The translations under genes were made by a program, and so were the position numbers. The notes below the pieces were generated by a model. That model was not told the DNA's origin. It saw only the letters and a list, made by a program, of their open reading frames with translations, and did no database searches. DNA of 64,000 nucleotides. Source: an uncultured Candidatus Saccharibacteria bacterium. GTDB taxonomy: Bacteria; Patescibacteriota; Minisyncoccia; Portnoybacterales; UBA2143. Shown here piece after piece: positions 1 through 9,801 of the stretch; the stretch's first letter is position 1, and the number at the start of each line of letters is the position of its first letter. The stretch covers positions 11,332 to 75,331 of the forward strand of contig CAZQUN010000002.1 of NCBI GenBank assembly GCA_964596615.1, in the 5' to 3' direction.

Positions 1-1
1 A

Positions 2-691
2 ACGCCTAAACTTAGGCCAGAAATAATTCTGTTGCGCTGAGGAAAGTTCTGAGCAAAAGGACGGGTAGCCAATCGGGTATTCGCTGATAAGAGCGCCATT
101 CTGGCTGATTTCTTCAGCCAAGCGTTGATTCTGGTAAGGATAAATACTTCTCTTATCCAAACCGGATCCCAAGACAGCAATTGTCCTTCCTTTGGATTTT
201 ATTGTTGCCTGATGGGCCAGAGTATCAATTCCCTTGGCCAAGCCACTGACAATAGTTAATCCTGATTGAGATAATTCAGTTGTAATTAAAGGGGTAATTT
301 GTTTTCCGTAGGAAGAAAGTTTTCTTGGCCCAACAACACCCAAACTGAATTTATCTTTTGGTTTAAATTGGCCGCGAATATATAGCATTGCCGGCGGAGC
401 ATAAATCTCTTTAAGTAATCGGGGATAATTTTTATCAAAAACTGTAATTAGGTCAATATTTTCTTTTGAAAGTTTTTCCATTTCCAGGTCGGGGTTGATT
501 CTTGGTCTTTGTTTTCGGATTTTTTCAATAATTGACCGGTTTAGACCAGCCCGACCTAATTCTGTCAGACTAGATAACCAGGCATTTTCCAAGGATTCAA
601 AATGAGCAATTAATTTCTTAAAAGCAATTGGTCCAATTCCGCCAACCAGATTAAAAGCATTAAAATATTTTTTATTGACAATTCCCTCCAT
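2..691 (-). CDS. dprA: DNA-processing protein DprA (3' end runs off the window)
   Basis: Hand translation from ATG 691: MEGIVNKKYFNAFN...YPRLLKEIYAPPAMLYIRG...VVGPRK...IVSGLAKGIDTLAH...TIAVLGSG, which are DprA/Smf motifs. Confidence 0.93.
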   Translation of the reverse strand, partial: MEGIVNKKYFNAFNLVGGIGPIAFKKLIAHFESLENAWLSSLTELGRAGLNRSIIEKIRKQRPRINPDLEMEKLSKENIDLITVFDKNYPRLLKEIYAPPAMLYIRGQFKPKDKFSLGVVGPRKLSSYGKQITPLITTELSQSGLTIVSGLAKGIDTLAHQATIKSKGRTIAVLGSGLDKRSIYPYQNQRLAEEISQNGALISEYPIGYPSFCSELSSAQQNYFWPKFRR

Positions 692-703
692 TTTTTATAG
701 TAT
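675..703 (+). promoter_or_regulatory. Sigma70-type promoter for the downstream structured RNA
   Basis: TTGACA (675-680), 17-bp spacer, TAGTAT (698-703). Confidence 0.7.
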
Positions 704-709
704 TCATTA

Positions 710-850
710 ATCCTAGCCATCACTAGCCTGCCCATAAAGTAGCCAGATGCCGGGCAATCCCTCCTAGCCTGGCTAGGCCGAAGGATTAGAGAGAGTTCAC
801 TTTTGTGAATTTTCTCTAACGCTTCTGGGTAGGCTAGTGGTGACTAGGTT
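710..850 (+). ncRNA. Candidate structured ncRNA, possibly 6S-like, family unassigned
   Basis: 23-bp closing stem 712-734/826-848 with G-U pairs on the + strand, two internal hairpins, promoter directly upstream and a T-tract downstream. Confidence 0.55.
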
Positions 851-885
851 GTAGTTTTTTCAGAACTAACATCAAGGAGGCAAAG

Positions 886-1089
886 ATGAATAAACAAGGC
901 AAGTTTTATGTTATTGTTACTCTGTTTTGCCTGATTTCGGTTAGCGTTGGAATCATAGTAACCTTCTTCTACCATCACTGCCTGGGAAGATATATAGTTA
1001 TAGGGATAGGAACTGGATACGTTGTCTTCAATCTCATTTTCTTTTCTTTTAATCATTATCGAAAGCCCGAAATCAGAGAATATTTTTAA
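886..1089 (+). CDS. Small membrane protein (2 TM)
   Basis: AAGGAGG RBS; hydrophobic 67-aa ORF. Confidence 0.6.
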   Translation: MNKQGKFYVIVTLFCLISVSVGIIVTFFYHHCLGRYIVIGIGTGYVVFNLIFFSFNHYRKPEIREYF

Positions 1090-1612
1090 TAACCTTCTTA
1101 GGGGCCGCCGCAATCAAACCGGCGGCCTTTTCAATTACTCCTTTAATAATCTTTTCTTCCTGGTCAGTAAAGTTTTCTAAAACAAATTTTTCCGTATCAA
1201 TATTTTCTTCTGCTGGTTTAATTCCAATTCTGATTCTAATAAAATCCTTTGTTCCTAAATGCTCAATAACTGATTCAACGCCTTTGTGTCCGGCGGCGCC
1301 TCTTGATTCCTGTAATTTTACTTCTCCCAAATTTAAATCAATGTCATCATGGATAATTAAAATATCCTGGCTCGGTATTTTGAAATAGTCAGCAATGGCC
1401 TTAACGCTCTGGCCGGAGTTATTCATAAAGGTCAGCGGCTTGGATAAAACGATATTATTCTTTTTGCCAATCAGAGCATTGAATTTCTTATCCTCTTTTA
1501 ATTGATTAATCTCCATTTCTTCTGTCAGAAAATCAACAACCCGCCAACCGAGATTATGGCGGGTTTTTTCATATTTCTCTCCAGGATTACCTAATCCAAC
1601 AATTAATTTCAT
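1073..1612 (-). CDS. pth: Peptidyl-tRNA hydrolase
   Basis: LIVGLGNPG..Y..TRHN, FMNNSG, HDDID, GHKG motifs. Confidence 0.97.
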   Translation of the reverse strand: MKLIVGLGNPGEKYEKTRHNLGWRVVDFLTEEMEINQLKEDKKFNALIGKKNNIVLSKPLTFMNNSGQSVKAIADYFKIPSQDILIIHDDIDLNLGEVKLQESRGAAGHKGVESVIEHLGTKDFIRIRIGIKPAEENIDTEKFVLENFTDQEEKIIKGVIEKAAGLIAAAPKKVIKNIL

Positions 1613-2607
1613 TGATTAATACTTTCCTTAATATATTCCTTTATCTTCTGGTAATTTCCCTGTCCAACAACGGGATAGACAACCGAAGCCATTTGTTCCC
1701 CAAACATGACTCCGCCACCGGTTAGAAGACCAGTTTCCTTTCTATCAACAACAACACTCCTTATTCTATCAGCTCCAATCTCTTTGGCAATTTGGTAAAA
1801 AAGCCGCATTTCTAAAAGAGAAAGGTCGGTCTCAATCCGTTCATTAAGGGAATTAAATATTTTGAGATAAGTTGGAAAGTCCCATAAGGGATTAAGAGCC
1901 AGAACTTTTTGTTTTAAAAGTTGAATAACCTGCTGCTGACGAGCCATTCGGTCAAAGTCGCCGTTAGGCGAGGTATAGCGGGTCCGAACATATTTCAAAG
2001 CATTCTCTCCATCAAGGTAGCGCCAGCCAGCCGCTAAATCAAATGTTTGGTAAGTATGATTTGGCCCGGGGAAATATGGGTCATGGATGTCTTGTCTGAC
2101 ATAGACATTAAGACCATCAATTAAATCAATGACTTCTTTGAAAACAACCAGGTCAATAATGAGATGATTATCAACTGAAAGACCGGTAATTTCTTTAATT
2201 TTCTCTTTCAGGCCCTCTATGCCGGATAGAGTATAGAGAGAATTGATTTTAGTCAGATTTCCCTTTTCAGGAACCCTAACAAGCAAATCCCTTGGCAAAG
2301 AAATCAGAGTTGCTTTTTTGGATGAATCGCTTTGGTCAATACGGGCCAGGATAATGGTATCGGTTAAATTACTGCCGGAATAGCCCGGTCCTGGCCGACC
2401 AAGAATTAAGATGTTTTTTTCCAAATCCTTATCCCCTGAGATTATTGGAAGAGATTTGAAGACAATTTTTCTTTCTCCTGATAATTCTTGACCCGAATGA
2501 ACCTCAAAAGAAGAAGAAGGCACCATCTGATAAAGAAAAAAAAGAAACAAGAAAAACGTTAAAAATACAATCCAGGAAACAATTCTTTTTTTCTTTTTCC
2601 CTGTCAT
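1609..2607 (-). CDS. LCP (LytR-CpsA-Psr) family protein
   Basis: N-terminal TM, TDTII, SLPRD, KINS, YVRTR, DFDRMARQQ motifs. Confidence 0.9.
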   Translation of the reverse strand: MTGKKKKRIVSWIVFLTFFLFLFFLYQMVPSSSFEVHSGQELSGERKIVFKSLPIISGDKDLEKNILILGRPGPGYSGSNLTDTIILARIDQSDSSKKATLISLPRDLLVRVPEKGNLTKINSLYTLSGIEGLKEKIKEITGLSVDNHLIIDLVVFKEVIDLIDGLNVYVRQDIHDPYFPGPNHTYQTFDLAAGWRYLDGENALKYVRTRYTSPNGDFDRMARQQQVIQLLKQKVLALNPLWDFPTYLKIFNSLNERIETDLSLLEMRLFYQIAKEIGADRIRSVVVDRKETGLLTGGGVMFGEQMASVVYPVVGQGNYQKIKEYIKESINQ

Positions 2608-2657
2608 TCTTCAAAGTATATCAGAGTGGTTGATTTTCAACAAGAAATGGTTTAGAA

Positions 2658-3185
2658 TTGGAAGCAATGAAAAAAATACTGACTTTTGTCTGGGAAACAG
2701 TTAAAATCGTGGTCATTTCTCTGGCTATCATTATCCCAGTCCGATATTACTTAATCCAACCGTTTTTCGTTCGCGGGGCTTCAATGGAGCCCAATTTTGA
2801 TAATGGTCAATATTTAGTAATTAATGAAATTGGCTATCGTTTTGATAATCCCCAGCGCGGAGATGTCATTGTTTTCAAATATCCCCTTGATCCCTCCCAG
2901 TATTACATTAAGAGAATTGTCGGCCTTCCCGGAGAAATAGTGGAGATTAAAGATAGCCGGGTTTTTATCAATAGTCTTCGACTTGACGAAAAAAGTTATC
3001 TTTCTGAAGGAATGACAACCGAAGGAGAAACCAGAATAGAATTAGGCAACGAAGAGTATTTTGTTTTAGGCGATAACCGGAAAGCTAGTTCTGATTCAAG
3101 GCGATGGGGAGCTTTGCCAGAAGAAAATATTGTTGGTCAGGTTTGGATAAGAGCCTGGCCTTTTAATCAAGCGGAGGTTTTTTAA
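2658..3185 (+). CDS. lepB: Signal peptidase I
   Basis: GASMEP, YIKRIVGLPG, GDNR..S.DSR motifs. Confidence 0.95.
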   Translation: MEAMKKILTFVWETVKIVVISLAIIIPVRYYLIQPFFVRGASMEPNFDNGQYLVINEIGYRFDNPQRGDVIVFKYPLDPSQYYIKRIVGLPGEIVEIKDSRVFINSLRLDEKSYLSEGMTTEGETRIELGNEEYFVLGDNRKASSDSRRWGALPEENIVGQVWIRAWPFNQAEVF

Positions 3186-3194
3186 TTTAAAACT

Positions 3195-4502
3195 ATGCCT
3201 AAAAAAACCAAAACAACAACTCCAAAAAGGAAAAGATCCTTTCAGGCGCCGAAAGGAACAAGAGATATTCTACCCCAAGAACAGGTCTATTGGGAAAAAG
3301 TCAGACAGGTAATTTCTAAAACGGCTAAAACCTACGGCTTTGACCGGATTGATACTCCGGTAATAGAGGACGTTGATTTGTTTATCAGAGGAACTGGCGC
3401 AACAACCGATATTGTCCAAAAAGAAATGTATACTCTTAGAACAAAAGGAGGAGATAAACTAGTCCTTCGTCCGGAATTCACCCCGGCCATTATCAGGGCC
3501 TATCTTCAAAACGGACTTTCTTCTTTGCCACATCCAATTAAACTCTATAGTATCGGACCGGTCTTTCGCTATGAAAGATCTCAAAAAGGCCGCTATCGAC
3601 AGCACGAACAGGCTAATTTTGAAATCTTTGGCGAGAAAGACCCGGTCTTAGACGCTCAATTAATCCAATTATTTTTCTCCGTTATCAAAGGAGTTGGCCT
3701 TAAAAATGTCATTACCCAGATTAACAGTATTGGTTGTCGTCAATGCCGACCAGCCTATCGAAAGAAACTGGTTAATTTCTATCGGAGGAAAAAAAAGGAA
3801 ATTTGTTCTGATTGCCAAAAACGGCTTCTACAAAATCCTTTAAGATTACTTGATTGCAAAAATGAAAAGTGCGTTTTAATAGCCAGAGAAGCGCCCCAGA
3901 CAATTGATAATCTTTGTCCGGAATGTCATGACCATTTTAAGAATGTTCTTGAATATCTCGATGAAGTTGAAATTCCATACATTCTTAATTCCAATCTGGT
4001 CAGAGGACTGGACTATTACACCAAAACCGTTTTTGAGGTCTGGCCGGAAGAAGAAGATGGCCGACAAATTGCTCTGGGCGGCGGCGGTCGTTACGATGGA
4101 CTGGTTAGGCTCCTCGGTGGCAAAGATACGCCCGGGACTGGTTTTGCTATGGGATTGGACAGGATAGTTAACCTGATGATAGAAAAAGATGTTAAAGTTC
4201 CTTCAAGGAATTCATCCCTAGTTTTTCTGGTCCAATTAGGAGAATTAGGCAAGAAAAAATCCTTAAAATTATTTGAGGAATTAAGACAGGCCGGCATAGA
4301 AACATCAAGTTCGTTTAGTAAAAATACAATCAAGAGTCAGTTGAAAATTGCCGACAAGATGAATGCTCGTTTTGCTCTAATTCTGGGACAAAAAGAAGCC
4401 CTGGATGAAACTATCATTATCCGGGATATGGCTTCCGGCAGCCAGGAAACCGTTTCCCTGGAAAAGGTTGTTAAAGAAATTAAAAAAAGAGTTAAAAAGT
4501 AA
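3195..4502 (+). CDS. hisS: Histidyl-tRNA synthetase
   Basis: PKGTRD, LRPEFT, FRYER.QKGRYRQ, LVRGLDYY, GGGRYD motifs. Confidence 0.97.
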   Translation: MPKKTKTTTPKRKRSFQAPKGTRDILPQEQVYWEKVRQVISKTAKTYGFDRIDTPVIEDVDLFIRGTGATTDIVQKEMYTLRTKGGDKLVLRPEFTPAIIRAYLQNGLSSLPHPIKLYSIGPVFRYERSQKGRYRQHEQANFEIFGEKDPVLDAQLIQLFFSVIKGVGLKNVITQINSIGCRQCRPAYRKKLVNFYRRKKKEICSDCQKRLLQNPLRLLDCKNEKCVLIAREAPQTIDNLCPECHDHFKNVLEYLDEVEIPYILNSNLVRGLDYYTKTVFEVWPEEEDGRQIALGGGGRYDGLVRLLGGKDTPGTGFAMGLDRIVNLMIEKDVKVPSRNSSLVFLVQLGELGKKKSLKLFEELRQAGIETSSSFSKNTIKSQLKIADKMNARFALILGQKEALDETIIIRDMASGSQETVSLEKVVKEIKKRVKK

Positions 4503-4840
4503 TGAGGGATTGTATTTTCTGCCAAATTGCTAATCACAAGCAAAAGGCCGATATTGTCTTTGAAAATGACCAGATAATCATTTTTAAGGATATTAGCCCC
4601 AAGGCGCCGATTCATCTTTTGATTGTTCCAAAAAAGCATATCAGATCAATCAATGATTTAGAAAAAGAAGATAAGCCCCTGATTAATGACATGATTTTCT
4701 TGGCCAGAGATTTAGCTAAAAAGCAAAAGATTGATCAAAAAGGATACCGTTTAGTTTTCTGTGTTGAAAAAGGAGGCGGTCAGACAGTTTTTCACCTTCA
4801 CCTTCATTTATTAGGCGGGGGACCAATAAAGGAATTCTAA
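4502..4840 (+). CDS. HIT-family nucleotide-binding protein
   Basis: DCIFCQI and HLHLHLL histidine triad. Confidence 0.95.
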   Translation: MRDCIFCQIANHKQKADIVFENDQIIIFKDISPKAPIHLLIVPKKHIRSINDLEKEDKPLINDMIFLARDLAKKQKIDQKGYRLVFCVEKGGGQTVFHLHLHLLGGGPIKEF

Positions 4841-5068
4841 ATGGAAGAAAAAATTACTCTTAGTTCAAAAAAGAAATGGTTTTGGCTGGCTATCGCTGTT
4901 ACTTTAATTAGTCCTGTTTCGGGGATAGTTTTGGCTGTTGCTTTTCTAACAGAAGAAGATTTGAAAAAGCAAGGCAGAATTATCCTGGTCCTCTCCATTA
5001 TCTGGGGAGTAATTTCTGTCTATTTAATAAGATGGATGGCTAACAAGGGATATCTTCCTGCCTACTAA
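4841..5068 (+). CDS. Small membrane protein
   Basis: Two hydrophobic segments; abuts neighbours in the operon. Confidence 0.65.
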   Translation: MEEKITLSSKKKWFWLAIAVTLISPVSGIVLAVAFLTEEDLKKQGRIILVLSIIWGVISVYLIRWMANKGYLPAY

Positions 5069-5072
5069 AAAA

Positions 5073-6212
5073 ATGAGAGATAAAAATTTCTTCAAAGCCT
5101 TGGCAACTTTAACCGGAACCATTATTGGGGTCGGGCTTTTTAGTTTACCCTATATCACCTCAAAAGTTGGCATCTGGACAATGCTCCTCTATTTCCTCAT
5201 TATCGGAGTAATTGCTCTTTTAACGAATTTTGTTTATGGAGAAATAATTTTAAGAACCAAAGGACTTCATCGTCTGCCGGGCTATGCTGAGAAATATTTG
5301 GGCAAATGGGCGAAAGGACTTTCTTTTTTGAGTAATAGTTTAGGTTTGGGCGGCGCTCTCCTGGCTTATCTGGTTGTTGGCGGCGGATTCCTTTTTTCTC
5401 TTTTTAATCCTTTTTTTGGCCAAAGCCTTCTTTTCTATGTTTTAACCCTGTTTTTAATCGGTTCCCTTTTAATATATTTCGGCATTAAAAGCATTGCCCG
5501 GGTTGAATCAATTCTTCTAATCCTATTCTTCATTGTCCTGCTCTTTATCTTTCAAAAAGGTTTTTCTCTGATTGAAACAGGGAATTTATTCAATTTCAAT
5601 CCAACCTATTTATTCCTTCCCTACGGAGCGGTTCTCTTTTCTCTTTTTGGCAGTTCTTTAATTCCGGAAATCAGAGAAATGCTTAAAGATAATCCTAAAG
5701 ATTTAAAAAAAGTAATCTTCTGGTCAATTTTAATTTCAGCTCTGACTTATCTTTTCTTTATCATTATTATCACCGGCATTACTGGTCAGAATACAACCGA
5801 TGATGCTATTACCGGTCTGAAAAACGTATTAGGCAATGGCATTGTTAATCTCGCTCTCATTTTCGGCTTTTTAACCGTTTTTACTTCATTTTTAACAATT
5901 GGTTTGACTCTTAAAAAAATCCTCTGGTATGATATTGGAATAAAAAAGAATTTGTCCTGGGCATTGGCCTGCTTTGTTCCCCTAATATTCTTCCTTCTTG
6001 GTTTTAATAATTTCATTACTATTATTAGCCTGGCCGGGGGAGTCTTTTTAGGTATTGATATTACTTTAATGATTCTGATTTATCTTAAAGCCAAGAAAAG
6101 AGGAGATATGCAGCCGGCTTATTCTCTTAATCTTCCTCGTCTTTTAATTTACTCCCTAATCCTGTTTTTCATCCTTGGCGCCATTTACGAGATCTATTAT
6201 TTTGTTAGATAA
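5073..6212 (+). CDS. Amino-acid permease (HAAAP/aromatic amino acid transporter-like)
   Basis: GTIIGVGLFSLPY motif; about 11 TM segments. Confidence 0.85.
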   Translation: MRDKNFFKALATLTGTIIGVGLFSLPYITSKVGIWTMLLYFLIIGVIALLTNFVYGEIILRTKGLHRLPGYAEKYLGKWAKGLSFLSNSLGLGGALLAYLVVGGGFLFSLFNPFFGQSLLFYVLTLFLIGSLLIYFGIKSIARVESILLILFFIVLLFIFQKGFSLIETGNLFNFNPTYLFLPYGAVLFSLFGSSLIPEIREMLKDNPKDLKKVIFWSILISALTYLFFIIIITGITGQNTTDDAITGLKNVLGNGIVNLALIFGFLTVFTSFLTIGLTLKKILWYDIGIKKNLSWALACFVPLIFFLLGFNNFITIISLAGGVFLGIDITLMILIYLKAKKRGDMQPAYSLNLPRLLIYSLILFFILGAIYEIYYFVR

Positions 6213-6215
6213 GAC

Positions 6216-6238
6216 TGTTAGACGTTCGGTGTCTAACA
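6216..6238. repeat. REP-like palindrome, copy 1
   Basis: TGTTAGACGTTCGGTGTCTAACA; near-identical copy at 33789-33811. Confidence 0.7.
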
Positions 6239-6289
6239 CCTAAATTTTTGGTATTTAACGTTCTTTACCAAATTAGAAAAGGAGGAACA

Positions 6290-6946
6290 ATGATACTTAA
6301 GAAAAAGAAAGTATTGTACTTTTATCTGGCGCGTTCGTTTTTTATTCCCGTCATGGTACTCGGTGGAGCCTTTCAGGTATTAGTTGGATTGGGTAATATT
6401 AATGATAATGCATGGTTATTTTTAGGCTATATGACTTCTGTCGTTGTCATAGTGAGCTTATGTTGGTTGGGTTATATTCTTGTTCGTAAAGCAGAAGAAG
6501 AATTGGAAAAGGAAATGGCTTCCGAATCTTCTAAGAATTGCATGAGGTGTCAGATAGACGAGGGGCTTTATCCAGAAGTGCCTTACTGTGAAGATTGCCT
6601 TGCGGTGATAGTCAACGAAATCAATGGATTAGCCAGTGAAGCAAAAAAAAGAATTGAGTTGGCCAAAGAGTTGGGTTTTGAAAAACAGGTTGAGGGAGCG
6701 AAGCAATGGTTTTTCCAAAATCTACCAGAACCGATTAAGTCGACAATCCACCAAGCAGTGCTTTCTCATCTAAGGGGTTATTTTCCTCAAGTTGAACCCT
6801 TCGAGGAATATAATAGGTATGATGGGAGTTTTCAGAAGGTCTCTATCGACAGTGCGTATCCAGAACGAAACATTCCATCCGAAGGATTAGAGATTCTAAA
6901 AAGGATAGCGCAAAAAAATCCTGAATTACTAACAAATGATTCATAA
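6290..6946 (+). CDS. Hypothetical membrane protein with a CxxC...CxxC segment
   Basis: AGGAGG RBS before ATG 6290; two TM; CMRC...CEDC. Confidence 0.65.
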   Translation: MILKKKKVLYFYLARSFFIPVMVLGGAFQVLVGLGNINDNAWLFLGYMTSVVVIVSLCWLGYILVRKAEEELEKEMASESSKNCMRCQIDEGLYPEVPYCEDCLAVIVNEINGLASEAKKRIELAKELGFEKQVEGAKQWFFQNLPEPIKSTIHQAVLSHLRGYFPQVEPFEEYNRYDGSFQKVSIDSAYPERNIPSEGLEILKRIAQKNPELLTNDS

Positions 6947-6958
6947 GGGGGTAAAAAC

Positions 6959-7180
6959 ATGAATGAAGTAATATTAGATAAGCCCGGATTATTTCCTTTG
7001 ACAGGTCCTTTGCCGGAAATAGTAAAAACAAAGGATGCTATCTTATGGAAGAAGGCAAAGGCGCTTTTGCCGGATATTAGAGTTGAAGAGATAGGCCTTT
7101 TTGACGAGAGGGATGGTAGAGACCCAGTCATCGCCCTTAAAATTTTAGGGCAATGGTATAAAATCTATCAATGGGAATAG
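6959..7180 (+). CDS. Hypothetical protein
   Basis: G-rich RBS; followed by a terminator-like hairpin. Confidence 0.6.
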   Translation: MNEVILDKPGLFPLTGPLPEIVKTKDAILWKKAKALLPDIRVEEIGLFDERDGRDPVIALKILGQWYKIYQWE

Positions 7181-7199
7181 CCAGTAAAAACGTTTGGAG

Positions 7200-7230
7200 A
7201 GGCGGAGAAGTAAGAACTCCGCCTTTATTT
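7200..7230 (+). terminator. Rho-independent terminator-like hairpin
   Basis: AGGCGGAG...CTCCGCCT followed by a T-rich tract. Confidence 0.6.
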
Positions 7231-7265
7231 CTTGCTAAAAATAGGGTAGAATAAGGCAAAGAATA

Positions 7266-7466
7266 ATGGAAAAAAGAAAAAGGTTACCCAAGAGTATTCG
7301 TAAATATATTCGATTTCAAAAGTCTCGCATTCGGCGGGAGTTTTTAGATATTAAGAAGCAAAAAGAAGAAATTGACAAAATCTATCAAAAGATTTACAAT
7401 AAAGGCAATGAAAAACAAAAAAGAGACCTTCCGCAGTCCGACAAAAGGAAAAATGAAACTGGATAA
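7266..7466 (+). CDS. Small basic hypothetical protein
   Basis: 66-aa K/R-rich ORF overlapping the next gene. Confidence 0.45.
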   Translation: MEKRKRLPKSIRKYIRFQKSRIRREFLDIKKQKEEIDKIYQKIYNKGNEKQKRDLPQSDKRKNETG

Positions 7467-7902
7467 AGTTGTCCGGGAGATTTCAAATTACATTAACCAA
7501 GATTCCCAAAGCGAATACCGCTTGGTTGTCGGAACTGATTCTAATGGAAAACCAGAGGCTGATTTTATTACCGCCATTATTGTCCAGCAGGTTGGCCATG
7601 GAGGAAGGTATTTTTGGAAGAAAACCAACGGCGGCAAGATATATCATACGCTCCGGGACAGGATTTATGAGGAGGTATCACTTTCTCTTAAAACTGCTCA
7701 GGATATTTTAGGCGAGTTGGAATCTTTTCTTGAACCAAAGAAACCAACTTACGATTTTCAGATTCACATTGATGTTGGTCAAAAAGGACCAACCCGGGAA
7801 ATGATTAAAGAAGTTGTTGGTATGGTCCGGGGTAATGGCTTTAATGCTAAAATTAAACCTGAATCATACGCCGCTTCCAATATTGCAGATAAATATATTT
7901 AA
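7408..7902 (+). CDS. RNase H-like YkuK (DUF458) family protein
   Basis: VGTDS, RIYEEV..S, IHIDVG..G.T, KPESYAAS..AD motifs. Confidence 0.88.
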   Translation: MKNKKETFRSPTKGKMKLDKVVREISNYINQDSQSEYRLVVGTDSNGKPEADFITAIIVQQVGHGGRYFWKKTNGGKIYHTLRDRIYEEVSLSLKTAQDILGELESFLEPKKPTYDFQIHIDVGQKGPTREMIKEVVGMVRGNGFNAKIKPESYAASNIADKYI

Positions 7903-7982
7903 ATTATGAGGCATCATTAGGAGATAGTCCGTTTTGGACTTTTTTTATTGTCTTTATGCTTTCCAGACTATACAATTAAATT

Positions 7983-8768
7983 ATGTCAATAAGAATAAGA
8001 AGCAAAAATGCTATTCTAGAACTATTAAAAGATGGTGTTAGTTTTGAAAAAATTATCTTAGCTGATGATCTAAAGCAGGATGATTTAACAAAAGAGATTT
8101 TATCAATAACAATCAGCCAAAATGTGCCGATTGAAAAGACGCCTCGTCGCAGAATGGGCAAAGGAAGAAGTGGAAAAAGCCAAGAAGTTTTGGTTGGTTT
8201 TTTGGCTCCTAAAAATACCTGGTCTTTCAAAGACCTTTTAGACCATCTTTTAAAAGAGAATCAAGACCCATTTTTCCTTTTAATAAACAGAGTTGAGTAT
8301 CCTAATAATATCGGTGCTATCGCCAGAACAGCCTTTGCAGCTGGCGTAAATGGTTTAATCTTTCAGGGAGAAAAAGATTACTTTCTCAATGAAGAAACTG
8401 TTCATTTCTCAATGGGCGCTATCGCCAGAATTCCTCTTGTAAAAATGAATATTTTTGAAGCCTTAAAAGAACTTCAGAAGAATGGCATTAGAACCTTCTC
8501 TATTGAAATGGAGGGTCTGTCTTGTTTTGAAGAAAATCTTTCTGGTCCAGTTGCCTTTATTCTAGGCGCCGAAGGAAGAGGAGTGTCAGAAAAAATATCG
8601 AATCGATGTGATAAAAAAATATCTATTCCAATGCGCAAGGGAATAAATTCACTTAACGTCAGCATCAGCGCCGCTATTATCATCTATGAAAAGATTCGTC
8701 AAGAAGGTGTAATCTATTTAACGAAGAATGGTCAAGGTTGTGCTTTTGACAAAAAACCGGAGAAATAG
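7983..8768 (+). CDS. TrmH/RlmB-like SPOUT RNA methyltransferase
   Basis: PNNIGAIARTA, ILGAEGRG, ISIPM..INSLNVS motifs. Confidence 0.9.
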   Translation: MSIRIRSKNAILELLKDGVSFEKIILADDLKQDDLTKEILSITISQNVPIEKTPRRRMGKGRSGKSQEVLVGFLAPKNTWSFKDLLDHLLKENQDPFFLLINRVEYPNNIGAIARTAFAAGVNGLIFQGEKDYFLNEETVHFSMGAIARIPLVKMNIFEALKELQKNGIRTFSIEMEGLSCFEENLSGPVAFILGAEGRGVSEKISNRCDKKISIPMRKGINSLNVSISAAIIIYEKIRQEGVIYLTKNGQGCAFDKKPEK

Positions 8769-8800
8769 TAGGATAAGATAGATAATTAAATTATTCAAAT

Positions 8801-9541
8801 ATGAATGGAGACGAGAAAATTAGGAAAAAAATATTGGTTCCGGCCTCAAAGCTGCCCCAGGTAGCTAAAGAAGAAAAAATCAAGGAAAAAAATGATTTTA
8901 AGGAATCAGTTCAATGGAGAATATTCCGAATTATGGCCGAGTTTGTTGATGGATTTGAATTCCTGAGTGATTTTTCAAAGTCAGTCACTTTTTTTGGTTC
9001 AGCCCGGGTTTCTCCTGATGATCCTCGCTACAAAGAAGCAGAGAAACTGGCTGGAATGCTTTCAAAAGAAGGATTCGCTGTTTTTACCGGCGGCGGACCG
9101 GGAATAATGGAAGGGGCCAACAAGGGAGCCTATAATGCTGACGGAGAATCAGTTGGATTAGATATTCAATTAAAGTATGCCCAGCGGATGAACGAATTCA
9201 TTAAAAAAGCTATGGGCTTCCACTATTTCTTCACCCGCAAAGTCATGCTTTCCTATTCAGCCCAGGCCTATGTTTTTTTCCCGGGTGGCTATGGAACCCT
9301 GGACGAGTTTTTTGAAATTTTAACCTTGATTCAGACAGAAAAGATTCCCCAATATATTCCAATTGTCTGTGTTGGTAAGAAATTCTGGGAACCATTGACT
9401 AAATGGATTGAGGAAGTCAGTTACGGAGAAAACAAATTTATTGATAAAAAGGATATGAATTTTTATCGCATTGTCGATTCAGCCGAAGAGGCATTGGAGA
9501 TAATTAAAAAATCCAAACCAAGAGATGACATCAATTTTTAA
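8801..9541 (+). CDS. LOG-family Rossmann-fold protein
   Basis: FGSAR, TGGGPGIME, FFTRK, PGGYGTLDE motifs. Confidence 0.92.
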   Translation: MNGDEKIRKKILVPASKLPQVAKEEKIKEKNDFKESVQWRIFRIMAEFVDGFEFLSDFSKSVTFFGSARVSPDDPRYKEAEKLAGMLSKEGFAVFTGGGPGIMEGANKGAYNADGESVGLDIQLKYAQRMNEFIKKAMGFHYFFTRKVMLSYSAQAYVFFPGGYGTLDEFFEILTLIQTEKIPQYIPIVCVGKKFWEPLTKWIEEVSYGENKFIDKKDMNFYRIVDSAEEALEIIKKSKPRDDINF

Positions 9542-9558
9542 AGGAGGTGATTTCTTTT

Positions 9559-9801
9559 ATGACTATAGAAGTAAAGAAAAAAGAAGGCGAGACAACTCGC
9601 AGTTTGTTAAGACGCTTTACCCGAAGAATTCAGCAGAGCGGTGTTTTGATTCGTGCCCGGAAAGCCAGGTTTCTGGAAAAAACAAAGAGTAAACGCGAAA
9701 GAAGGGAAGGCGCCCTAAGAAGAGACAAGATTTCCAAAGAAAAAGAAAAATTAAGGAAAATGGGTCTTTTAGAAGAAGAACCCAGATGGAAAAGAAGATA
9801 A
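9559..9801 (+). CDS. rpsU: 30S ribosomal protein S21
   Basis: EVKKKEGET..SLLRRF.R..QQSG; upstream of yqeY. Confidence 0.85.
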   Translation: MTIEVKKKEGETTRSLLRRFTRRIQQSGVLIRARKARFLEKTKSKRERREGALRRDKISKEKEKLRKMGLLEEEPRWKRR

